In this document: piece after piece, positions 1 through 11,949 of the stretch | How positions within the stretch are numbered: position 1 is the stretch's first letter | Layout: every line of letters starts with the position of its first letter | DNA from: Azolla caroliniana | Taxonomy: Eukaryota; Plantae; Polypodiophyta | Reading direction: 5' to 3' | DNA length: 64,000 nucleotides | Assembly: GCA_043228905.1 (NCBI GenBank) | Contig: JBHGNT010000002.1 | Location: 2,728,001-2,792,000 of the forward strand | Notes under the pieces: model-generated | Told to the model about the DNA's origin: nothing | The model's input: the letters and a program-made list of their open reading frames with translations, nothing else | The model's database searches: none | Made by a program: the position numbers and the translations under genes

Positions 1-3000
1 TTATATATAAATTAATGACTATGATCCAAGCATATCAATCATTGAGCCAATCTTGGCACCTAAATACCAAAAGTCCTATAATGCATGGAACTTTTACATG
101 TTCTATGGATATTTAATATGGGGAAATTTGTCGAAAGTTGCTTCGATATTTGCTTACTTAAAAAGTATCAATAATATGTGAAACATGGGTGAGTGGATTA
201 CGAAGAGATTTCTTGCCTTTATTAGTACCCATAAGGGTATAAATTAATAATGGGTTGATACTTTTTCAATTATTGTAAGCATATTCCTAAAACAAAATCT
301 CTTTAATATTTTGTGCTAGATATCAAACGAGCGTGATTCGTGAATATTGTTATTTGGCATACCATTTGGTTGGGTATTGGAAAATAAAAAAGCCCCCTTT
401 ATGGTTTAATCGTCACAATGCAAACATGTACTGCCTGAACGTCAGTAAAGGTAGATTCCCAACCCCTCTTGACATAATTTGAGACCCTTGTTTGACTTGA
501 AAAACTAAAAAAACGCTTTGATTAAAGTGATTGGAGAAGAATGGTATTTATATGTCCATGAAGTGGCTGATTTGGTGTACGACACCAAAATGCTATGCGT
601 CGGATAGTTTGCTTGCTTGTTCATGACATAAAAATTAATAAACCCTCAAGAAAGCGAATTGACACAAGAAGGCAACACATTGTCCTGTTGACTTGTCCCT
701 AGGTTGCACACGATGCTTCATCTCAAATGTACTATTGTGTTTGTGATTGTAAATATAGAAACAGTTAATTAAATTAATGCGATAGAAGGCATTGTTTTGA
801 TGACAATACAGAGATGAATTCCAATAAACAGTAGACCTCTAATTGGGCCAATCCGTAGCAGTATTCTTGAGACAATGTTAAAACAACAAATTCATCATAA
901 TTAATGGAGTAAAGCTAATAGTTAGATGTTAGCATTTAGTTTATCCATTTATATTTTGCATTGTTTAATACCACATGTTTATTCCCCACAAATACACATG
1001 TAACTTTCATCTTCTTTTATTAATTTGTTTACAATTATGGATTGAAGCAATTAGTATACGTATTGGAATACTCGTTAAAGTGTAAGACATTACACTCATT
1101 TAAGTATGCTTCCTCTAATCAAACAAGTATCATTTATAAGATTCGGATGAAATATTATTAGGAGCAAACAACTCCAACAAGCAACTCATTGTCATAATGG
1201 GGAAACAATTGAGACACCAAACTCAAAGAGACATTAAAACATAGTCGTATGTGTTGACTTCCCATATTTTTCTTTTTTAATCTGTAAATGTCACATCCAT
1301 CGATCACCTTCAACCCATGCAAAGTCGGGCAATCTCCTATAGTAGATGGCATCTCAAAGTCCTATTTTAAACTCAATTCCATCCATCATGTGAAGGAATA
1401 TTGATTGTGGTTCATTTCATTTACTTGATCTATTGATACGATACACCATTTGACCTATTCATGGATTGAATTTTCTTTTGCTACAAATCATAAGAACAAT
1501 TGTACTACAGTCGAGACAACTTGGACACATCATTTGCAAGGAAGATAGAGCAATTTGCTGCATGGCCAAAAAGAAATATGATTGGGATGATATGATAATG
1601 AAGATTGGTTGTGCTTTGATATCGAATCTTGTCATTATCATGTTTAATTAGCTATACAACTAGTTTGATTAGTTTAATTGTAGATCACTAATCTTAGGGA
1701 GTATGGTAAGTCCAGGATTGATAGATCTCCCGAAGATACACTCGAACATTTTGTCACATATGTTATAAAGTAGTAAATAACAACAAATTTTGAGGGAAAT
1801 AATGGTAGTGTGAGAAGCATAAAACTCACTTATACGTTATAACACCATATATGTATGAAACATGTTAGCAAAATAACAAGGTTATCATTTACTAACACAT
1901 CAAATATTGATGCTTGCTTGAGTGACAATGTAATGATGTATTGGATCGGATACGGTTATGATAAGTATGTTTCTAACCATTAATTAACAACGTATTAACA
2001 ATAATACTTTTCAATTGCATTTTCTAACTTCCTTTGGTGTTACAATTTTGACAAAATGCAATAATACCCTTATTGGCTAGTGGGTTCTTAATTTAACATA
2101 ATTTGTGTCTATCCTTGAATTCATCAACCCGTCCTCCCCCTCCCCACCCAAACAAAAAATACTTCCCCTAAAATGTAGAGTCAACAAAGTAACATGAGAC
2201 ATATATGACCATTGTAACAAAGACCACTTACTACACTTATGACATTGACGTCACAAAAGAAGCCATTGTCTATGGCATGTTGAGCATCAACTATTGGTAC
2301 CTCAAAAAGCGTCCATCATCACCTCATGCTCCAAGGAGTTCCCTTGTAAATAAAGGCAATATCAAAGATGCCATTGATAGTCATTATGTCCAATAAATGC
2401 AAAGCATGTCAAGCATTCAATATGAACATTGAAAAGTGTGAAAAGGGGACACTTGTGATATGCGCGCTTCTTCGTTGCTATAACCAAGTATGAAACTTCT
2501 CCCATTTGAAGAATGTAGAAACCTTTCGAATATGACCTCTTAAAAGGTGGACTAATCTTGTGGTATATTCAAACTACGTGGACAAAACTTCATAGGCACA
2601 CAACTTGCCTCGCCTACACGCTGAAACAACAAAAAATGGGTATGTACATATTATTAACAAGACGGACAAAGATAATGGGTACACATACATCGGTAACAAG
2701 GTGGGCAAAATGCATGGGTATATATTCATTGCAAATAAGGTGGATATTGTTTGTTTGGCAAACTCCAAGATTCCCAAGTTAATACTATGTATGATGCGAC
2801 TGATAGAATTCCAATCCTTTAACCTCTAGTTAACGAAGTAGTCCTTGTACTCCCATGGTTTTACTAGGACATTAAACATTCTACTTTTATGATTTATCAT
2901 TATGTGTGCCTTGTTCAAATTTAAAAGACTAAATTCATTAGGGGCATATGAATTTAAAACTTTAGAAGAGAAGATGGGGCAGTTTTGTGTTCAAGAACCT

Positions 3001-5017
3001 ATTACTAATATCTATTATAATTAACATTTGGATAATCATATAGACAATCTTTGGAGAACATAACGTTACATACAAAGGTGACACATCATTTAGACATTGT
3101 TTGGAGTCCATGAGGTCATTAGTATGACATATCTATGCACCATTTTGTTTAGGAGAATTGATTTTTTATTAGCAAAGATGTTGGGAGTTCATGAGTAAAT
3201 TTGTTTTTGATGAACAAATGTGGCATGCAGTTTATAAAAGCTATATATATGGTTACCAAAGACCGTCGAGAACCATGAGGTGATTGTTGGATTCACCCAT
3301 GTGGCTTGTCGTTTAGGAAAACTAAACATTATTATGGTTAGTAAATTTGAGCCCATAATAGCTTACCACTCTGGTAATCCCGTTCCAAGAAATAGGAAGC
3401 TATAATTGACCTACGAGATAAAATCATAAATATGGGTGAATTCAAGTTATCCATACTTTAGCTAAAATAAAAGCTCTTAAGTTTGCTAAAGATCTATGAT
3501 ATGATCTTAATGGATGAAATGGCTTCTCAATCAGTTTAGATATTTTAGATGCTCTTACAAGGATTAAGTGCATATTTGCTATGTATGGAATGAGTGGAAT
3601 GGAACAAAAATATGACATCCATCGAGTGACTATTGATGTCATTGAGCAAATCCACATGGTGCCAATGATCTCCATGATCTTGTGCTAGTATGTATGTCCC
3701 TTGTGCCTTGTATCCAAATACTCTCAATCCCCTTTGTTGTCAACATTCTTATACTCATTGAATGATGAGGACTCAACATGTTGCCCTCGAAGGAGAAAGC
3801 CTATGGAATAAGTTAATGATGTGTTGGATTACTTTTGGCAACAACTTGAAACTTATTGGCCAATACACTTTTTTAGGTACATAGTTCTATTATATAAGGA
3901 TCGAGGAGGATGCCATGCATGTACTTCTGATGTGTTGCAACCTTAGGCGTAGGTAACTAGGTTATGCTCAAGGAGCTATATATATATGTGTGTGTGTGTG
4001 TACCCCTTCCAACGTACAAGGTATTTTGGTTACCTCAAGCATTCGAGCGCGGATGGCACAATTGGAGTACGAGAAATATGTCCTTATTCAAAGGTCTCCA
4101 AACAATACATAGCTTGAAAGGAAAATTGATGTGATGATACATTGATACCCCTTCAAATTGTGATTGCAATTAGAGCTTTTACCCTTTTCATCATCGCATA
4201 TAAGGTAGTGTTTGACAACCAAGGGTACTCGGATCTATGTTCCAATTGGAGCATGAGAAATGAGAGTTAATTGTCTAATGGTTTTCATGGAGTATAATAA
4301 GAGAAGTTTGTTAACCGAAACAACGTTTGATTCGATAGTTGTCTCACAACTAAGCTTTCTGAGAACCTTGTCATCGAGAAGAGTCCGTCTTTTATGTCAA
4401 TTAGTGCCACAACACCTCAAATTGGGACTTTACCTTGCCGAAAGATCATGTTAGATCACCTCGAAGGGCTTTTACATTGCCATAAGATCGTCATGGCTTA
4501 ATTGTACTCGGGTTTTTTTGTGTGTCGGGTCATGTTGTTTCCAATATGCATGTACATGGGCTTTGCTTTCAAGGTGACCTAGAGTAGGATTGCTCATATG
4601 CATATATCAAAGACAAACAGAAATGAGGTTCCAAAGAAATGAAGAGAATTTTTATATCATAGGCATTCCAAATCATGAGAGGGATAGAGAGGAGTCTTGG
4701 AGGGAAGCTTTAGTATGATATACAATGCCTCAAAGCGCCATGGATGAGGCTGGCTCCAAGGGTTATGAGTAGGATGAGGACTCATGAACACAAACAATAT
4801 ATAGCTTGTGGGCGGGCGGGCAGGGATCCTCGGACAAGAAGCTTGAGGGCTATTAGAATTATACATGAGAGTTGTTGCAAACTACAACTCAGGCGGGGCG
4901 GCCACTTCTCGGGAACGTTTGAACCATTTTTTCGGGATCCAGGGGACGAGGCGGGCGGGAGCGGCCGAATGCCATTTCTCGGGCGGGCGGGCGATTGGGC
5001 GGGACCCCGGGCATTAG

Positions 5018-8000
5018 CTAGCCTTGGTGTTGCATATGAGATGCGAAACGCTTGCGGGCCTGGAGCTCGGCCAACTGAGCTTCGTAGCTTCTCGAGGCAT
5101 CCAGAATGCCTGAGTAGTACTGCTCTACATCCGCCTCGAGGTGCCGCCTATTCCCGACACCTCCTCCTCCTGTCGTACTGCTAAGCTCACCTCCACCATG
5201 GTGATGGTGATGGTGATGGTTCAGCAATCCACCTAGTTGATCTGCCCTACTGCTGCTACTGCTACTGCTACCACTACTGCTATGTATATGTCCTGGAACA
5301 GCTTGGAATTGCTGCTGCTGCTGCTGCTGGAGGAAATAGTGCTGCTGGTGTTGTTGAGCTGGGAGTGATGACGACACGAGACCCTCGGGATGCTGCAAGC
5401 CGAGGGTTAAGGAGACGGCCCCACCTCCGCCAGGCATCCCGACCGGCAATGAGTCCGGGACAACACGAGGAAACCCGTCGCCGTCCATGCCGGCACAATG
5501 ATACCCGCTGCCTATGCGCTGGGCCCCGCCCCCGTATGCAAGGATGTTACTGCTGCCCTGCATGCCTCTCAACATGGAGAAGCCATGCTGCTGCTGCTGC
5601 TTGTCGGGCTCATGGAGCGGGAAGCCTTCCCTCCCGTGATGGATCTCTTCGGATTTGAGAGGATACGACATGGGCATATCGTCGAATCGGGCTTTCTTTA
5701 TGAGCTGCAGCATCTGCAGGCTGTTGTCATTGGCATTGGTGGCATGGGCATGGACATGGACATGGCCATGAACATTGACATTGGCATTGGCATGGACGGT
5801 GTTCGTGTTGGGCCCGATATGACCATGGAACACTGAAATGTTGTTCGGATCGGTGGCCACATCCAAGTGTTTCTCCTCGCTCCCGGCTTCATCGGGATGC
5901 CCCTTCTGATTCATGTCCGTCTGCTTCGTACTAATGGCGGTAGTAGCAGTAGCAGCCATAATAGTAGTAGTGCCTGAATTGGCAATGCCCACTGCAGGGG
6001 TAGTACCCCCTTCATCCACCTCTAGATTGCTGGCTGTAATGCCACTCTTGCTGTTCTCTGTATTGGATTTCGATTGATCCACAGACGTCCCGTCCATGTC
6101 CATGTCCGCCTCCGCCTCCGCCTCCTTCACCTCGTCAAGGTACATCTCTTCCACCATAGGTTTCCAGAGCCGGACTCGGGCATTGATGAACCAGTTGGAC
6201 ACCTGAATGTGATTTGCTCATCATCATGCTTTTCACGGCAATGACAAAACCATTGAAAACACCATAGCCAAAGCTAGAGCTCTGCAGATATGGTGTGGTT
6301 TGAGTAGCTAAATTGAAAGACATACCTGATTCCTTGTAAGCCCTGTTTGCCTAGCTAACATATGCTTGTCTGCATCCTTGGGGTACCTGCAAAATCATGA
6401 GCAAAACAAGCAGGAGGATTTAGACTTTGTGTATAAATCCAAGAATGTGGTCATATGCAGATTAGGGTTTAGGGTTTAGGGATAGGGGGGCTTACGGGTG
6501 TAGGAAGTGCTCGAACAACCATGCCCGGAGGACCGAGACGGAATGCTCGGGCAAGCCTCTTTGGGGGCGCCACGCGGGGGGCGGGGGTTGGGGAGGCTGC
6601 ATTACCATCATACCGATCTGCTGCCGGTGATGGCGGAGCTGCTGGTCCACATATCTCAATCTCCCGATCCCACCAGAGGAAGTGCTGCTCACAGGAGGAG
6701 GAGGATAAGGCCCGAAGCCCCCTCCTCCTACTGTCAATTCATCCCCGAGAGCCCTGCTCGTGGCCGCGATTTGTCCGCCTATTGCGTCCCTCAGCCCGCG
6801 GAAGTGCCTGGAGATCGTGTCGAGCGCGAGAGCCGTGTACGTCTTGGCCGCGCCCACGCCCGCGGCCGCCTCGAAGGCATCCACCACGGCCTCGATCTGG
6901 CTGAAGTAGAGCTTATACCTCCTGTCCACCTCCTCCAGCATGGCTATGAGCTTCGCTTTCCTGCTCTGAATCTCTTGCTTTCGCGGGGGAGCAGGAGCAG
7001 GAGGAATGTGGGATGGAGAAATGCCAATCTCCGCCTGCTCAGATGCCATGGCTGCACGATTCGTACCTGCGCTGGATGTAATACATGCCAGGCCTCCGGC
7101 CGATCTTGCGGAGCTTGGAGGAGACTGATCTGCAGAAGCCATGGCTCCTAATTCCCTTGAGCTAGAAGAAGTGGCGGTGGTGCTGGTGGTGGCATTCATG
7201 AGGAGAGAGGTGGGTGCCATGGCCAGAGATTGGGTCTGCTTCAAGGAGCCTGTAATCTTCACCCCACAGCCATAGCTAACAATCTCCTCCAACAGAAGCT
7301 GAGCAGCTCTCAGGTACTTCGATCCCACCACGAGCTGAACCCCGAAGCCGACCGCACCGAATTGCCCGTCAGGCCAACGGAACTGCCCACCCCCGTAGAC
7401 AATGGCCGGAGCTGAAGAATTGCTCTGCCTTCCATACACAGCAGACTGGACCATCGATCCATCCTGTCCAGATGCTTCTGCGATCTGATTAGGGTTTCCA
7501 ATCCATCTCTGCTGCTGATACATCCCCTCTTCTGCATCTCCATCTTCGCTGTAATGAACCAGATCTTCTGCCTGCACACCGTAGTACGGCGGCACTAATC
7601 GCAGCGGGTATTGGCCTGGAAGAGACAGAGATAAGCTCTGATTCGGCCCAGGCAGATGGGGGCTTCTGATTGTAGGTCCGCTCTGCAGAATCTGCTCTTC
7701 ATGAAGCTGCTGATAATGGTGCGGAAGATTGGAGCTCACATGGCCTCCTCCTGCTCCTGCTCCTCCTGGTTCCATCCGTGCTGCCAATGGCTGCGTGATC
7801 CGAGCTGAAGAATCGGTGGTGGAAGGAAGGAAAGAAAGCTCATTGATCCCTGCACCAGCAGAAGGCCAGTGGCCTGCTGGATTGCTTCCATATCTGTTAC
7901 CTGCGAAGAAATTGGTGGGCTGTGTAGATGCAGGTGCCATGTTCATCATCGTCTGCAGATGGGCTGAATTCACATACATGGCCTGCTGCTGCTGTTGCGG

Positions 8001-8267
8001 CGGCGGCGGCAGAGAAGCCTGTGGGATTGGAGCTGCAGAGAATCCATCGAAATGCTGCTGGATCTGGCGATGGCTGCTGCTGCTGCTGCTGTTTACCCCT
8101 GTATGAATGTTATCCTGTGCACCTGGATTGGCGAGGGCATCTCCATAGCCGCCAAGGTAAGAAGAAGGATTCATGAGATGGAGTGTCTGCATACTTGGGC
8201 TGGGTTGGACCTCCTGCTGGCCCCCATCTCCTGTCGTAACGAAATGGTAGGTCCCAGATGATACCAT
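5018..8267 (-). CDS. BLH: BEL1-like homeodomain (TALE/BELL) transcription factor; 3 coding exons 8267-6496, 6386-6326, 6202-5018 (~1005 aa)
   Basis: SKY box ([15 protein letters not shown]), BELL/POX domain ([24 protein letters not shown]), homeodomain [26 protein letters not shown]|[20 protein letters not shown]|[16 protein letters not shown] and a C-terminal VSLTLGL motif. GT-AG introns 6495-6387 and 6325-6203 restore the frame via the typical 61-nt exon. First ATG is at 8267 (the ORF track used GTG 8273). Confidence 0.93.
6462..6481 (+). repeat. Short telomere repeat (TTTAGGG) x~3 in BLH intron 1
   Basis: ttagggtttagggtttaggg. Confidence 0.75.
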
Positions 8268-8272
8268 CTGCA

Positions 8273-8331
8273 CCCTAAACCCTAAACCCTGAACCCTGAA
8301 CCCTAAACCCTAAACCCTAAACCCTAAACCC
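8273..8331 (+). repeat. Interstitial plant telomere repeat / telo-box array, (CCCTAAA) x~8 with two CCCTGAA variants
   Basis: ccctaaaccctaaaccctgaaccctgaaccctaaa... directly 5' of the BLH ATG. Confidence 0.9.
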
Positions 8332-8539
8332 TTTCTCTGTTAATATCTCTATCTGTGTGCCTGCGAGGGGGAAAGGTATGTCAATTAGGGCACCAGGAAT
8401 GGCGTCTGCATTCCAGCTCGAGCTTCATCGATGAGGAGGAGAGGAGAGGAGATGCCGAGGTCTCAGATCTGAGTCTCGGAACGATTGATTAGCACCTGCT
8501 TTCTGCACAGCAGCTATGTCGCGGGGCGATCAAACAGGA

Positions 8540-9777
8540 AGAAACTCCGACCAGAAGAAGATGCAGAAGAAGAAGCAGAAGCAGAAAAAGAAAGAAAAAA
8601 GTCTGGAGAAGAAAATGGAATCTCTGCACAGCATTTACTGAATGAAGATCAGAAAGGGGAGTTTAAAAAAGAAAAAAGAAAAAAGAAAAAAGAAAAAAAA
8701 GAAAAGAACAGAACGATGGCTAGAAAACTGGAATTCCTCGCCTTCTCCTTTCTTCTGCTTCTGCTTCTGCTTCTACTTCTTCTATTTCTTCTCTGAAGGT
8801 AATTAAAAAAAAGTGCAAATGGCTATGGCTATGGGGCGATGGTGGCTTTGGCTTTGGCAGAGGCACCCCTGAATCATAATTATGTTGTGGAGCAGAGATG
8901 AGTAGGAGAATGCAAATGGCAGAGACACAGAGATTGAGCGTGCATAAATTAAATTATGCACAGAAGGTTGAAAGGCAATAGACTTTTTGATTGATTCTCA
9001 CATTCTTGGATAGTTTGCAAAGGCCATGGGAATTAAAGACTTGAGGGGGGAGGGAGGGTATCTATAATCTGATTATGGAGATTATGGAGAGATTATGATG
9101 AGGATGATGAGGTCTGCAGGGGGAGAGAGAGAGATTATAAGCAATGATAGGAGGTGTTGTTGTTCATGGAGACAGTCTACAGACAGACAGACAGACAGAC
9201 AGAGACAGACACACAGTCTACAGACAGACAGAAGAGAAGAGAAGAGAAGAGAAGAGAAGAGAGAGAGAGAGAGCCTCCTCTCCCTCCCCCCTCCTTCCTT
9301 CCTTCCTATTTCTTTGTAAGCGCAGCTTTTCTTCTTCCTTCTTCCTTCTTCCTTCTTCCTTCTTCCTTCCTTCTTCAGTCTCTTTCTAGTTCCAAAAGAA
9401 GCGACGTGCAGTTAAGTATGTATGTATGTATGTATGTAAAGTAAAGTAGAAGTAGAAGTAGAAGTAGAAGTTTGTGTGTGAAAGAAACAGAGGATTTTTT
9501 TTGTGTCAGGGAAGACCCAACAAAATAAAAAAACAGACACACACACACATACACACACACAGAGACGGAGTAAGTCAATTTGCAGCTTCTGCTTATAGAA
9601 AGAAGCTACTGCTTCTCCTTCTCCTATGGAGAGCAGAGAGCAGAGAGCAGAGAGAGTGAGCTATGGAGCTTGTGATTTGACAGCTCTATAAACACACACA
9701 CACAGAGTGAGCTATGGAGAGAGAGAGAGAGAGAGAGAGTGGTGACTACTGTCTCTGGTCTTCAGTCAGTTATTACT

Positions 9778-9813
<36 letters not shown>

Positions 9814-10207
9814 ACACACACTCCTGAGTCCTGAGTCCTCTCTCTCTCTGTCTCTCTCTCTCTGTCTCTGTGTCTTCTTCTGTCTTGCTCCACCTCCTGA
9901 TGCTCCGGCTTGAGAGCAGGGCATGGTATGGTATGTTATGGTATGGATTATGTGTGTATGTATGTGTGTATTTAGGAGCCCTAATTGCGGATGAATTTGG
10001 GGGCCAAGAAGCTCCCCCCCCCCCCCTAGCTATGGTATGTTATGTATGCATGTTATGTATGCTACGTATGGATATGTGTGTGTGTGTGTATGTAGGAGCC
10101 CTAATTACGGATGAAATTGGGGGGTGGGGGGGTGTTTGCAGGGAGAGGAGGAGAAAAGGACTAGAGAGAGAGAGAGAGACATGCCTCCATGTCAGGGTAA
10201 TAACATT

Positions 10208-10241
<34 letters not shown>

Positions 10242-10722
10242 GGGGAGGGGGGGGGGTTGCATTCAGAGAGAAGAAGGAAGAAGAAGAAGGAAGAAGAAGA
10301 AGAAGAAGAAGAGAGTGTGTGTGTGTGTGTATCTGTACTAGCCTACTCCACTAGAGTAGAGTAGCTTTTTCTATGGCTTTTAAGGTCAGCTATTTGTTTG
10401 TAGAATAGGTAGCTAGGCTAGGCTTGATAGAGTGATAGAGAGGCCCTAGCTAAGCTACTAGGCTAGGCTAGGCTATACACATATGTATGTACATACATAC
10501 ATATAATATATATATATATATAGGAAGGAAGGAAGGAAGGAAGAAGTAAAAAAGAAGAAGGAGATGGCCAGAAAGAAAGAGTGAGTAAGTGAGTGAGTGA
10601 GTGAGTGAGTGTGTGTGTACTGGTAGAATTGAGTGGGTACAGTGAAGAGAGAGAGAGAAAGAGAGTGAATGAGTGAGGAACATATATATATATATGTATA
10701 ATGTATGTATGTTTATATATAC

Positions 10723-10800
<78 letters not shown>

Positions 10801-11040
10801 TGATTAGGAGAGAGAGAGAGAGCATTTGGTCCTCCCCTGTTTTTAAAACAAGCAAAGTTTGGGCCTTCATTTCTTTCTCTTTTAGAGAGAGAGACACACA
10901 CAATCAGTCCAATTTGTTGGATATGGATGATGAAGGGACCAACTGAGTTTGGGCCTCACTCTCTCTCCTCCCCTTCCTTCTTTTGAGTGTGTGTTCTTCT
11001 ATATTTATTACCCTCTCTCTCTCTCTCTCTCTCTACTAGG
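8540..11040. repeat. Dense mixed microsatellite / low-complexity region upstream of BLH ((GA)n, (CA)n, (AGAC)n, (AGAAG)n, (GAA)n, (TATG)n, (GAGT)n, (TA)~30 at ~10729-10791)
   Basis: Directly visible repeats; the ORFs here are repeat artefacts. Confidence 0.9.
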
Positions 11041-11836
11041 ACTTTTGGAATCCCACTACTACTACCTAGCCTTTTGGATCACACACTCTCCATTGGACCC
11101 TAACCTAAATATGCATTGCTTTCCTTATTTACAATATTGTTTTCCATAATAAAATACCCATCTCTGTAGAGATTGATAGATCTGTATACATATATTCCTA
11201 GTCAAAGGTGGGGTTCCCCACTCCCATGACCATTCAGAGTTTTACTAACCACAAACAGTATACATTCGGAGTTCTTGTTTAGCTCATGAGATTGAAGCAC
11301 ACGCATAATATGAAGAACGTTGTAGAAAACTTCTGTCCGCCTAAGGCTTAATCAATGAGATGTATGTGTGGGGTTTTTCCACTCAAGTGGAACCCACAAC
11401 TAAGGGCCGAAAGTAATTTATGTGTGTGTGTGTGTCCACATGGGGTAGGAAAGGAAGAGTGTGATTGAAAAAAAGGAGTGTGAGAGTGTTTGATGATTAT
11501 GTAGACGAAGAGATATAGATTTTGAGAGGGGTTGTTTGTGCCATCAAGAAGCTTGTACCCCAAGACTTGAGAGCGGCTTTCTTGTACGTCTGTATCAGGT
11601 TTTTTGTTCTGCGTTTTCTATCATCTTGTTGTTCCTTCCACCAAGTCAGGTGAAGACGGTTACCAAGGTTGTTGCCTTGATGCATGTGTGTTCCTCTAGT
11701 GATACCTAGAGAGGATGCTCTCACTTGTGCTCTGAGTATAGTGGAAGTTTGTGTACCCTAAGGGTCTTGTGGTTTTTCCCGATTTGGATTTTTCACGTAA
11801 AAATCTGGTATATTCTATTTTTCAATTGTGTCCATC

Positions 11837-11949
11837 ATTTGATGTGTTGGTTGTCTAAGTTAATCTCAATTCCCAGTTCCTTACAATATTTGATGTGTTG
11901 GTTGTCTAAGTTAATCTCAATTCCCAGTTCCTTACAATATTTGATGTGT
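11837..11949. repeat. 51-bp tandem duplication (~2.2 copies)
   Basis: atttgatgtgttggttgtctaag...ccttacaat starts at 11837 and 11888, with a partial copy at 11939. Confidence 0.9.

Noticed and set aside
1-4600. Short ORFs and faint TE-like peptides (e.g. LGHIICKE at ~1520)
   Set aside because: Too degenerate to assign; no termini or coherent domain
8485-11149. ORFs such as YIYIYI, ERERER and LLLLL
   Set aside because: Translations of microsatellites
11310-11890. Possible Copia-type solo LTR (gtggtttttccc...tttttcacgtaaa motif)
   Set aside because: Could not find matching TG..CA termini with a convincing TSD
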